From: Acutalibacteraceae bacterium
Lineage (GTDB): Bacteria > Bacillota > Clostridia > Oscillospirales > Acutalibacteraceae
Assembly (NCBI GenBank): GCA_045578165.1
Contig: JAZNJR010000003.1
Span: 1,402 to 65,401 of the forward strand
Length of the DNA stretch: 64,000 bases
Direction: 5' to 3'
Both the position numbers and the translations under genes were made by a program. The notes under the pieces were generated by a model that was not told where the DNA came from, did no database searches, and saw only the letters and a program-made list of their open reading frames with translations. Below are positions 16,651 through 26,209 of this stretch, one piece after another; within the stretch, counting starts at the first letter, position 1, and every line of letters begins with the position of its first letter.

Positions 16651-17544
16651 TCAATGTCTTTCAACCGTAAGGTCAAAGGGTAGGTTTTCGGTAGCTTCAA
16701 CTGTAAATTTGTTGTGAATGTTTGCCTGTCGCTGAATGATATTAACATTCATTTTGCGGTATTTTTCAGGAGAAACACCCATAATTTTTTTAAAAGCGTT
16801 CGAAAAATAGGGCTGGTCTGCATAGTTAAGCATATCTGCAATTTCTTTAACCTGCATATTTGAATTTAAAAGCAAATCAGACGCAATTTCAATGCGTTTT
16901 TTCGCAAAATATTGGTAAGGCGTCATATTAAACGTCTTTTTAAAAATACTTATAACCTGTGCTTGTGACATGCAAAGTTCGTTTGCAATGTGTTTAAGTG
17001 AAATGTCCTTTTCATAAAGGTGGCTGTCAAGCATCTTTTTAACAGTGTTTACCTTAATATCAACCAAATCTTTTTGGCGAAAATCATAAAGCTTTTGCAT
17101 TATTGAATGAAATTTTATTGCGCCCATCATCATAATGTCTTTTACCGGCAAAGAACTGTTTGTAAGCTCGTAAAGGTCGTCAAACACCGCTTTATTATTA
17201 AAATGTTTAAAAACAACGGTGTTTTGTAAATCGTAAGAATATAAAAGATTTGAAACCAAGGTGCCGTCTACGTTAAACCAAATTTTGTCCCAAGTATCTG
17301 TGGCGTAATAGCGGTGACAGCTGCCTTTTGGCAGAATATAAGCATCGCCTTTTTCGACTTTGTATTCACGTCCGTCGCAAAAAATGGTGCCTGAACCACC
17401 GTAAATGTACTCTAAAATGTAGCAATAACTCTTTTCGCGATATACTTCGTAACGGTCGTCGCAATTTGTTATGCCGGACATTTCAATATTAAATGGAAAC
17501 TCGGTAGGGTCAAACGGGAAAGTCGTTACGCGTTCATTATTCAC
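16651..17544 (-). CDS. AraC family transcriptional regulator
   Basis: 297 aa. Cupin-like N-terminal domain and a C-terminal double HTH (IANELCMSQAQVISIFKKTFNMTPYQYF ... IADMLNYADQPYFSNAFKKIMGVSPEKYR). Confidence 0.85.
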   Translation of the reverse strand: MNNERVTTFPFDPTEFPFNIEMSGITNCDDRYEVYREKSYCYILEYIYGGSGTIFCDGREYKVEKGDAYILPKGSCHRYYATDTWDKIWFNVDGTLVSNLLYSYDLQNTVVFKHFNNKAVFDDLYELTNSSLPVKDIMMMGAIKFHSIMQKLYDFRQKDLVDIKVNTVKKMLDSHLYEKDISLKHIANELCMSQAQVISIFKKTFNMTPYQYFAKKRIEIASDLLLNSNMQVKEIADMLNYADQPYFSNAFKKIMGVSPEKYRKMNVNIIQRQANIHNKFTVEATENLPFDLTVERH

Positions 17545-17823
17545 AAGTATACCTCCTAATTTATGGTTTTGAAAAATTGAAAGTTACATTTTTTGTATTG
17601 TTTCGTGTGCTTTTTTAATTCAAAAATGTGTTTTTTGTAATGTTCAGTATATCTACATTATACCTAAAAGATTCAGAAAAGCAAGTCAAACTTATGTCGC
17701 TAATAGGGTAATAAGCACAAAAATATGTGGTAAATGTTTAAATATTGCGCCAAAAAATGTGTTCAATTGGTTAATTATGACAAGTTTTTTTAATTTTTCA
17801 CATCTAATAATAAACATTTTACA

Positions 17824-17852
17824 TTGTCTGATATGGCGGTGTGTGATATAAT
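17824..17852 (+). promoter_or_regulatory. candidate sigma-A promoter of the 28-kb glycan locus
   Basis: TTGTCT (17824-17829), 17-nt spacer, TATAAT (17847-17852), 78 nt upstream of the ATG at 17930. ATGGCGGT occurs at 17833-17840 and 17865-17872. Confidence 0.35.
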
Positions 17853-17929
17853 TATGGTGTATAAATGGCGGTAGTTTTTTCAAAAAACAAGAACGCCCCG
17901 AAAATGTAGTGTTTCTAAGGAGGAATACG

Positions 17930-19267
17930 ATGTATCTTAAAAGAAAAATTTCGGCTTTGCTTTTGATTGTGGTTATGCTTTGCTGCGCGGTGGGTTGTGC
18001 AGGCGGCACACGCAACGAATATGAAACCGACCGCGAAATACCCGACGTTGATAAAGCAACTGCAAATCTTAATGAAGATGATAAGCCACCCGTAACCGAA
18101 AAGGTTAAGTGGGACGGTCCTGCAGGTTATACAATTGTTGTGCCTAAGGGTAATGCACAGCTTTTAGAAGTTGCCAACAAATTTAACGACTGGATTAAGA
18201 AACAAACCGGTAAAGGTCTTAAAGTTGTAACCGACGATACTGCCGCAACCGATAAGGAAATTATAATCGGTAAAACCAAACGTTATGATTATTCTGCCAA
18301 AGAGGGCGAATATTTCGCAAAGGTAGACGGTAAGAAGCTTATTTTTGGCGGCGGTCACAACGTTACCATAAAGAAAGCTGTTGAAATCTATACCCGTTTG
18401 AAATATACAAAGGGTAAGGCATATACATATAGCGGTAATTCTGACTTTGTTGCGGAAAAATTCGGCTATACATACGTATGGGGCGATGAATTTGAAGGTA
18501 ACGAGCTTAACGACAAGCTTTGGGACCGCGTTACAAAAATGGCTGCCACCGCTGAAATGAGTTTGGACAACACCGAACTTACAACCAAAACCGAAAACGG
18601 TTATCTTAAAATGCTTGCAATGAGATATTGGGACCCCAAAAAAGGCGGCGTTGAATTTGTTGCTCCTTGGTCTGTTACAACCAGCAGCACCATGAACTAT
18701 AAATACGGTTACGTTGAAATTCGTGCAAAGGTTCCCTTTATTCGTGGCGTATGGCCTTCTTTCTGGACTTCAAGCCCAGGCGAGCTTGCGCCCCCGCGTA
18801 CTGCCAACTACTCTATTGAAGTTGACGTATTTGAGGTTTTCTCAAGTCTTGATACATTGTCGCCTAATATTCACAAATGGTATACCGACGGTCGTCACAC
18901 AATGTGGGCGGTTGATGAAGGCAACAGTAACGAATGGTATAAGTTTGAATCTGACAACCTTATTGAAGAATATCATCTTTACGGCTTTGAATGGACACCT
19001 ACCAAAATGACCATGTATATCGACAATAAGGCATATTACACCTATGACATTACCAAAAACTTTGATAATGGCGAAACAGGTATGGGTGGTTACAATACAA
19101 CCTTGTATCTTATTTTCAACAACCACTTGTTTACACAGTCAAGCAGTTATAAACCTTATGAGGGTTGCGAAGTTCGTGCAACCGACCTTCCCGCAGAATA
19201 TGCAATTGACTGGGTACGTCTTTATCAGAAAAACGATGGCAAGAGCCAACTTTATCTTAAAAAATAA
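17930..19267 (+). CDS. lipoprotein with a C-terminal GH16 beta-glycanase domain
   Basis: The start is moved to the ATG at 17930, after TAAGGAGG. Lipobox LCCAVGC. GH16 catalytic motif SIEVDVFE (ExDxxE). The ~150-aa N-terminal domain is of unknown role. Confidence 0.8.
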   Translation: MYLKRKISALLLIVVMLCCAVGCAGGTRNEYETDREIPDVDKATANLNEDDKPPVTEKVKWDGPAGYTIVVPKGNAQLLEVANKFNDWIKKQTGKGLKVVTDDTAATDKEIIIGKTKRYDYSAKEGEYFAKVDGKKLIFGGGHNVTIKKAVEIYTRLKYTKGKAYTYSGNSDFVAEKFGYTYVWGDEFEGNELNDKLWDRVTKMAATAEMSLDNTELTTKTENGYLKMLAMRYWDPKKGGVEFVAPWSVTTSSTMNYKYGYVEIRAKVPFIRGVWPSFWTSSPGELAPPRTANYSIEVDVFEVFSSLDTLSPNIHKWYTDGRHTMWAVDEGNSNEWYKFESDNLIEEYHLYGFEWTPTKMTMYIDNKAYYTYDITKNFDNGETGMGGYNTTLYLIFNNHLFTQSSSYKPYEGCEVRATDLPAEYAIDWVRLYQKNDGKSQLYLKK

Positions 19268-19367
19268 TTCATAGACGGTAAGAATGAAATTTATCGTTAT
19301 TACATTAGTGGTAAACAAGTAAAATTTTTGAAAGTTTACAAAACCTTAGCAAAGGAGAACTACCATA

Positions 19368-22226
19368 ATGCTTAATAATTACAAACTGCGTATAGCTTCA
19401 ATGGCGTTGTCGGTTTTAATGGTGTGTACTGCATTAGCACCTATGGCAACTGTAGCGGCTGATGAAGTTGTACCTGAAAATGACGCAGTAATTGAAAGTG
19501 TAGACAGTTCTTACAACGATTATGTTTCTGACAAGAAAGGTTTTTCGGCGGCTGAAAGCGATATCGAGCTTGAAGTTCAAAACGCAAAAGCCGATGACGA
19601 TATTGTTGTCAAGGAAGTAAGTGGTAAAAATGCACTTGTTTGGGGTGAAGGTACCGGCAAGGCAGAATGGACCTTTGAAGTAGAAAAAGATGCATATTAC
19701 AACCTTAAACTTATATATTCTTCGGTTGAAACCGGTGTTGATTATACTTTCGGTTTACTTTTAGACGGCGAAGTGCCTTTTGAAGAAGCTTCTGCGCTTA
19801 ACTTCCCGCGTATTTGGGTTAATGCCGAAAAGAAGTTTAAAACTGACAACCTCGGCAATCAGCTTTCGCCCGAACAAAAGGAAATAGAGGGCTATGTTGA
19901 AACCTTTGCAAAAAGTATAACAGGTGTTACGGTTGAACCTTATGCCTTTTATCTTACAGCGGGCACTCACACATTAACACTTGCCACACCTGAACAGGCA
20001 GTAGCGGTAGCGACAGTTGTGTTGGCGGCTCCCGAAAAGGTTTTAAGTTATGAAGACCTTTCTAAAAAATATGATAAGAAAGATACTCTTTCTGCACAAA
20101 CAATTGTAATTGAAGGTGAAAAAGCTTCGGTTAAAACATCTTCAAAGCTCATTCCAAAAGCCGATAATTCCGACGCGGGTATGTCTCCGTTAGATGCAAT
20201 GTATACCAAACTTAACTACATTGGCGGTACGTCTTGGCAAGAAGCGGGACAAATGCTTCAGTGGGATTTTAAGGTTGAAAAATCCGGATATTATTCATTA
20301 GGTTTCCGTTACCGCCAAAGCGACGTTATCAACGCTGAAAGTTGGCGTTGGCTTAAAATTGACGGTAAAACTCCGTTTGAAGAAGCAAAGGGTGTGCGTT
20401 TCCCCTATAGCGCCGCTTGGGACTTTTTTGAATTTGGCAATGGTGAAGACCTTTATTATATTTGGCTTGAAGAAGGCGAACACACGCTTTCTTTAGAAGT
20501 TACAATGGGTGTGATGGCAGATTATTATTATCGCCTTTCCGAAATTGTTGAAATTTTAGGTAACAAGTACATTGAAATTGTTAAAATTACGGGTGCCTCG
20601 CCTGACGTTAACCTTGACTATGAACTTTTTAATCAAATTCCCGATTTGAATGAAAAATTCGAATATTGTTACAAAAAGTTAGACGGTCTTGCAAACGACC
20701 TTAAGAGCTTTACAGGTAAACGAAGCAGTCAGTACATTGCGGCAATGAACAATATGTCACGTGTACTTAAGGTTATGGTTGAAAGTCCTTACCTTGCACA
20801 TCAGTACGTTACCGACTATTACACAAACTATTCTTCACTTAGTTCTTGGCTTAACGATATGAAGAATATGCCCCTTTACATAGATACAATACAGTTTGCA
20901 CCTTATGGTGCCGAATTTGTTAATAGAAACCCCGGCTTCTTTAAGTCGGCTTGGTTTACGGTTAAAAAACTTTTCATTTCCTTTGTTGATGATTATATTA
21001 ACGAAGCAAAATTTGCCGAAAACAATGCACAACCGCTTACCCTTTGGGTAAACTGGGGTCGCGACCAGGCGACCGCGCTGGATACCCTTATTCGTGATTC
21101 GTTTACCGAAGAACATAACATTCCGGTTAACGTTAGAATTACAAACGCTTCACTTATAAACGGTTTGCTTGCGGGTAACTTCCCTGATATGACCTTGCAC
21201 CTTACCCGTACCGAGCCGGTAAACCTTGGTATACGCGGTGCGCTTGTTGACCTTAACCAAATGCCTGACATTGACGAGGTATTAACACGTTTCCAAGAAA
21301 GTGCCGAAACGCCCTATACATATAATGGTAAGCTTTTCGCACTTCCCGATACACAGAACTTCCAGCTTATGTTCTACCGTACCGATATTTTGGAAAATAT
21401 GGGTCTTGAAGTTCCAACCACTTGGGACGAATTCCTTTATACTGCGGCAATTATTCAGCGTAATAATATGAACGTTTACATTCCTTATACGCAAATTACC
21501 GCCGCAACTACCGTAAGCGCAGGTATTGGTGCACTTAACCTTTTCCCAACGCTTATGTCACAAAACGGCTTATCTCTTTACAATAAAAAATTAAACGGTA
21601 CCGCACTCGACAACGTTGAGGCAAATACCGTTTTCGACACCTGGACCGACCTTTATACCGATTACGATTTCCAAAAGGAAGCCGATTTTTATAACCGCTT
21701 CCGTGCAGGTACAATGCCTTTGGGTATCGCACCTTATTCTACATATATAACACTTTACAGCGCCGCACCCGAAATTAAGGGCCGCTGGGCTGTGGCTTGT
21801 GTTCCCGGTACAGAGGGTGGCAACAATTCAGTTGCGGGTGCAGGTACAGGTTGTGCAATTATTAAAAAATCACCCAACCGTGAAAATGCGTGGAAGTTCC
21901 TTAAATGGTGGACTTCTGCCGAAACACAAATTCGCTATTCAAATAATGTTGAATCATTAATTGGTATGCTTGGCCGTCAACAAACCGCAAACGTTGAAGC
22001 GCTTAACGGTCTTGCTTGGGATAAGCAAGATTTGGCGGTAATTAATGAACAATGGTCAAGAGTAAATGAAGTTCCTGAAATTCCCGGCAGTTATTACGTT
22101 GTTCGTGCGTTAGACCAAGCGTTTTGGTCGGTTATTAATGACGGAACAAATGCAAAGGATGCGCTTTCTAAGTGGAGCAAGGTTGCTGACGCGGAAATTG
22201 AGCGCAAAATTAAAGAATACAGTTAA
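19368..22226 (+). CDS. giant extracellular solute-binding protein: two CBM-like modules fused to an ABC (CUT1-type) substrate-binding domain
   Basis: 952 aa with a signal peptide. Two paralogous beta-sandwich-like modules (EWTFEVEKDAYYNLKLIY...DGEVPFEE and LQWDFKVEKSGYYSLGFRY...DGKTPFEE). The C-terminal ~390 aa resemble a sugar-binding protein (LTLWVNWGRDQATALDTL...). Confidence 0.7.
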   Translation: MLNNYKLRIASMALSVLMVCTALAPMATVAADEVVPENDAVIESVDSSYNDYVSDKKGFSAAESDIELEVQNAKADDDIVVKEVSGKNALVWGEGTGKAEWTFEVEKDAYYNLKLIYSSVETGVDYTFGLLLDGEVPFEEASALNFPRIWVNAEKKFKTDNLGNQLSPEQKEIEGYVETFAKSITGVTVEPYAFYLTAGTHTLTLATPEQAVAVATVVLAAPEKVLSYEDLSKKYDKKDTLSAQTIVIEGEKASVKTSSKLIPKADNSDAGMSPLDAMYTKLNYIGGTSWQEAGQMLQWDFKVEKSGYYSLGFRYRQSDVINAESWRWLKIDGKTPFEEAKGVRFPYSAAWDFFEFGNGEDLYYIWLEEGEHTLSLEVTMGVMADYYYRLSEIVEILGNKYIEIVKITGASPDVNLDYELFNQIPDLNEKFEYCYKKLDGLANDLKSFTGKRSSQYIAAMNNMSRVLKVMVESPYLAHQYVTDYYTNYSSLSSWLNDMKNMPLYIDTIQFAPYGAEFVNRNPGFFKSAWFTVKKLFISFVDDYINEAKFAENNAQPLTLWVNWGRDQATALDTLIRDSFTEEHNIPVNVRITNASLINGLLAGNFPDMTLHLTRTEPVNLGIRGALVDLNQMPDIDEVLTRFQESAETPYTYNGKLFALPDTQNFQLMFYRTDILENMGLEVPTTWDEFLYTAAIIQRNNMNVYIPYTQITAATTVSAGIGALNLFPTLMSQNGLSLYNKKLNGTALDNVEANTVFDTWTDLYTDYDFQKEADFYNRFRAGTMPLGIAPYSTYITLYSAAPEIKGRWAVACVPGTEGGNNSVAGAGTGCAIIKKSPNRENAWKFLKWWTSAETQIRYSNNVESLIGMLGRQQTANVEALNGLAWDKQDLAVINEQWSRVNEVPEIPGSYYVVRALDQAFWSVINDGTNAKDALSKWSKVADAEIERKIKEYS

Positions 22227-22240
22227 AGGAGGCAGTATAA

Positions 22241-23155
22241 ATGAATGGTGTTAAAGCACGTAAAATTAAAAAAGACCATGGCTTTAAAGAACAATTTCCA
22301 ATGATGCTTTTGGCAGTACCGTTTTTTGCTTTCTTCTTTATGTTTACGGTAATACCGATACTGTCCTCGATTGTATTTAGTTTTACTTCATTCGATATGA
22401 TTTCTTCGCCGAAATTTATCGGTATCGATAACTATATGCGAATGTTTATTCAAGATGAAGTTTTCGTTATTGTACTTAAAAATACCATTGCATTGGCTGT
22501 TGTTGTTGGTCCTGCGGGATTCTTACTTGCCTTCCTTTTAGCTTGGCTGGTTAACGAATTTTCAACAGGTGTTCGTACAATACTTTCCTTTATGTTCTAC
22601 GCACCTACTCTTGTGGGTAACGCATATTTCATTTGGAAAATTGCTTTCAGCGGCGACAGTTATGGTTATATTAACAGTTTGCTTTTGTCAATTGGTATTA
22701 CGACCGAACCTATTGTATGGCTTAAAAGTCCCGAATACCTTTTCCCAATTGTAATTCTTGTACAGCTTTGGCAAAGTATGGGTGTTTCCTTCCTTTCAAA
22801 TATTTCGGGTTTGCAAAACGTTAACCGCGATTTATATGAAGCAGGTGCAATTGACGGTATTAAAAATCGTTGGCAGGAATTGCGCTATATTACTTTGCCC
22901 TCGATGTCACACATGCTTTTATTTAGTGCGGTAATGCAAATTCAAAGCAGCTTTTCTATCAGTGCGGTTGCGGTTGAGCTTGCGGGCTACCCCAGTGTTC
23001 AGCACACGGTAGATACTATTGTTACTCACATGTCCGATATGGCAACTGTTAGATACGAGCTTGGTTATGCATCGTCAATAGCTGTTGTGCTGTTTTTGAT
23101 GATGGCAACTACCCGTTTCGCTATCGGCAAATTGCTAAGTATCGTTAGTAAATAA
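22241..23155 (+). CDS. carbohydrate ABC transporter permease (set 1, MalF/UgpA-like)
   Basis: 304 aa, 6 predicted TM segments, EAA-type loop YEAGAIDGIKNRWQELRYITLP. Confidence 0.85.
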   Translation: MNGVKARKIKKDHGFKEQFPMMLLAVPFFAFFFMFTVIPILSSIVFSFTSFDMISSPKFIGIDNYMRMFIQDEVFVIVLKNTIALAVVVGPAGFLLAFLLAWLVNEFSTGVRTILSFMFYAPTLVGNAYFIWKIAFSGDSYGYINSLLLSIGITTEPIVWLKSPEYLFPIVILVQLWQSMGVSFLSNISGLQNVNRDLYEAGAIDGIKNRWQELRYITLPSMSHMLLFSAVMQIQSSFSISAVAVELAGYPSVQHTVDTIVTHMSDMATVRYELGYASSIAVVLFLMMATTRFAIGKLLSIVSK

Positions 23156-23168
23156 GGGGGAGGGCAAT

Positions 23169-24071
23169 ATGTTAAAGAAATTATATTACAAATACAGATT
23201 GGCTAACCCCAAAAAAGCCAGCGTTAATAGGTTTACACGTTCAAAGTTTGGTAACTTTGCAATTATGGTTTTAATTGTTGCGGCAGGTCTTTTCAGTATG
23301 TTGCCACTTATTTATGCGGTGGTAACCTCCTTTAAGCCGATAGATGAATTGTTAATCTTCCCGCCAACATTCTTTGTAAGAAGACCCACAACCGTTAACT
23401 ATGTGGCACTTCCTACCTTGCTTTCCAGCTTGTCGGTGCCCCTTTCAAGATATATTTTTAACAGTGGTTTTATAACAATTGTTACCTCTGTTTTTAATAT
23501 TCTTTTCTCGGCAATGGCAGCGTTCTCGCTTTCAAAGGGTAAATATAAGGGCCGCGCAGTGTTTTTTATGCTTGTTCAGTTTGCGCTTATGTTTAACTCA
23601 TACACCTTGGCTGTTCCGCAATATTTCATTTTCTCAAAATTGGGAATGGTTGATACGTATTGGGTATACATTTTACCTCAATTAGCCGGTACATTGGGTG
23701 TATTCCTTATTAAACAGTATATTGAAGGTTACGTGCCAGACGCACTTATGGAAGCCGCTAAAATTGACGGTGCAGGTTATTGGAGAATTTTCTGGACAAT
23801 AATAATTCCCATAATTAAACCGGCTTGGCTTACGGTTGTGTTGTTTGCCTTCCCGACAATTTGGGGTGCAATTCCAAACGGTACAATTTTTAATGAAGAA
23901 CTTAAAACTCTTCCGCAAATTGTTACCCAAATTACCGCAGGCGGTACAGCTCGTGCAGGTAGCGCAATGGCGGTAACCACCATTATGATGATACCCCCTG
24001 TAATCGTTTATTTAATCTCGCAAAGCAACGTTGTTGAAGCAATGAGCAGCGCGGGTATTAAAGATATGTAA
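23169..24071 (+). CDS. carbohydrate ABC transporter permease (set 1, MalG/UgpE-like)
   Basis: 300 aa, EAA loop MEAAKIDGAGYWRIFWTIIIP. Confidence 0.85.
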   Translation: MLKKLYYKYRLANPKKASVNRFTRSKFGNFAIMVLIVAAGLFSMLPLIYAVVTSFKPIDELLIFPPTFFVRRPTTVNYVALPTLLSSLSVPLSRYIFNSGFITIVTSVFNILFSAMAAFSLSKGKYKGRAVFFMLVQFALMFNSYTLAVPQYFIFSKLGMVDTYWVYILPQLAGTLGVFLIKQYIEGYVPDALMEAAKIDGAGYWRIFWTIIIPIIKPAWLTVVLFAFPTIWGAIPNGTIFNEELKTLPQIVTQITAGGTARAGSAMAVTTIMMIPPVIVYLISQSNVVEAMSSAGIKDM

Positions 24072-24084
24072 AGGAGTGAGCACA

Positions 24085-26193
24085 GTGTTAAAGAAAACAG
24101 TTCGTTTTATTGCAGTGTTTTTGATAATCGCTTGTCTTGCTTCGGTTACATTCAGCGCTTCGGCTGCTACACAGGTTCCTTTTGAAAGCTATACTTATTG
24201 GGAAGATATAACCGACAGTCGTAAATCGGTTTACAGTCGTCCAATGTATCAAACCGAAAAGGTTATAGACGCACTTTCTTTGGGAATCGAACCCTTTACC
24301 ACTATTAATGATGTTTATTCAGATGATAAAAACGTTTTCATTCTTGATAATACATCTCGAATTGTGGTGCTTGACGGTGATTATAACTTAATTAAAGAAA
24401 TTGGCGAAGTTGTGGACAAGGATGGTAAAACCTATAACTATTCGGGCGCTATGAGTCTTTACGTTCACACCGACGGTACAATATTTATTTCCGATACCGA
24501 TAATCAACGCGTACTTCGTGTTGATATTGACGGTAACTTGGTTGATTTATATTCCGTTCCAAAATCTTCGCTTATACCGAAAGATTTCGTATATAAGCCC
24601 TTAAAAGCGGTTATGGATTCTCACGGTTATTTATATGTATTAAGCGACGGTTCATATTATGGTGCGCTTTTATACGCCCCCGATAAAAGCTTTACCGGCT
24701 TTTACGGTGCTAACAACGTAACAACGGGTATTGCCTCGGCGCTTCAAGGCATTTTGGAACGTGTTTTCCCAAACAATGCCAAGAAAAGCGCAAGTGCAAG
24801 AAAGCTTCCGTTCTCGTTTGTTGATATTGTAATTGACGGCAGCGACTTTATTTACACCGCAACCGGTAAAACAAGCACATTTGACCGCAAGGGTCAAGTT
24901 AAAAAGCTTAACCCCGGTACAGGTAATAACATTTTCAATTCTGAAGACATAAATTTCGTTGACGATGAATTTAATACAACCTTTAACAACGGTACCCAAA
25001 TTGAACAAGATATCGTTGGTATTGAAGTAACCGATAACGGATTTGTTTTTTGTATTGAATCTCAATTTGGTAGGGTGTTCCTTTACGACCGTTCTTCAAG
25101 AATGCTTACCGCATTTGGTGGCGGTTTGGGTCAAGGCACACAGGACGGTACATTTGTTGCCGCTACCGCAATTGCTTTAAACGGTGAAGACGTAATCGTA
25201 AGCGATAAGCTTAAAAACACCGTTACAATATTTACTCCTACCGATTTTGGTAAAAAGGTAATGGGTCTTATTGATATTACTTTAGAGGGTAAATATCTTG
25301 AAGCACAAGCCGGTTGGAAAGAAGTTATTGCGCTTGACCGCAATTTCCAACCCGCATACAGCGCACTTGCCCGTGCCGAGCTTACAAACGGTAATTACGA
25401 AGCCGCAATGGAGCTTGCAAAAGAGGGTTACGATCGCGAAACCTATGCTTTGGCTTTTGAATTTTATCGCAAAGGTCTTTTGGAAGAATATTTCTGGGTA
25501 ATTTTCTTAACCGTTGTGCTTTTAGCGGCAGCGCTTATTGTGTTCTATTTAACCGTGGTTAAAAAGAACAAACAGGTCATTAAAAACAAGCAAGTAAGGT
25601 TAATGTTTAAAACGCTTGTTCATCCGTTTCTTACTTTTGAAGAAATTAAAGAGAAAAAACAAGGTTCCCTTATAATTTCTGCAGTGCTTATCGGTCTTTT
25701 CTATATAACCGCAGTAATGCAGGTGTTGTGCGGCGGATTTATGTTTACTCAGTACGACCCTGCAAGTTTTAACTCGCTTTGGGTACTTCTCAGAAGCGCA
25801 GGTTTGGTTATTTTGTTCGTAATTAGTAACTGGATGATTTGTACTCTTATGCAGGGTAAAGGTACAATGCGTGAAATTTGCATTGTTACAAGCTACAGCC
25901 TTTTACCAATAATTATTGAACGCTTTATTCGTATTTTACTTACAAACGTTTTGCTTCCAAATGAAGCAATGTTCTTAACCGGTTTTGACGCGGTTGCAAT
26001 TGGTTTTGCTGCATTGTTAATTATAATCGGTCTTTTGAAAATTCACGACTTTGAAATGCCGCGTCTTATCTGGACCAGTATTTTAAGCGTTGCGTGGATG
26101 GCTGTGTTAGTATTCCTTATAATTCTTGTGGGAATGTTAGTTCAGCAGTTAGGCGGTTTCGTTGTAACCGTATTCTTGGAACTTATATCATAG
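24085..26193 (+). CDS. signal peptide + NHL-type beta-propeller + TPR-like segment + C-terminal Yip1-like multi-pass membrane domain
   Basis: The probable start is the GTG at 24085, 8 nt after AAGGAG (the track gives 24076). Repeated blade-like segments (IFISDTDNQRVLRVDIDGNLV, VIVSDKLKNTVTIFTP). About 6 hydrophobic helices lie in the last ~230 aa. Confidence 0.55.
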   Translation: MLKKTVRFIAVFLIIACLASVTFSASAATQVPFESYTYWEDITDSRKSVYSRPMYQTEKVIDALSLGIEPFTTINDVYSDDKNVFILDNTSRIVVLDGDYNLIKEIGEVVDKDGKTYNYSGAMSLYVHTDGTIFISDTDNQRVLRVDIDGNLVDLYSVPKSSLIPKDFVYKPLKAVMDSHGYLYVLSDGSYYGALLYAPDKSFTGFYGANNVTTGIASALQGILERVFPNNAKKSASARKLPFSFVDIVIDGSDFIYTATGKTSTFDRKGQVKKLNPGTGNNIFNSEDINFVDDEFNTTFNNGTQIEQDIVGIEVTDNGFVFCIESQFGRVFLYDRSSRMLTAFGGGLGQGTQDGTFVAATAIALNGEDVIVSDKLKNTVTIFTPTDFGKKVMGLIDITLEGKYLEAQAGWKEVIALDRNFQPAYSALARAELTNGNYEAAMELAKEGYDRETYALAFEFYRKGLLEEYFWVIFLTVVLLAAALIVFYLTVVKKNKQVIKNKQVRLMFKTLVHPFLTFEEIKEKKQGSLIISAVLIGLFYITAVMQVLCGGFMFTQYDPASFNSLWVLLRSAGLVILFVISNWMICTLMQGKGTMREICIVTSYSLLPIIIERFIRILLTNVLLPNEAMFLTGFDAVAIGFAALLIIIGLLKIHDFEMPRLIWTSILSVAWMAVLVFLIILVGMLVQQLGGFVVTVFLELIS

Positions 26194-26209
26194 TAAAGGA
26201 GGAATTGTT

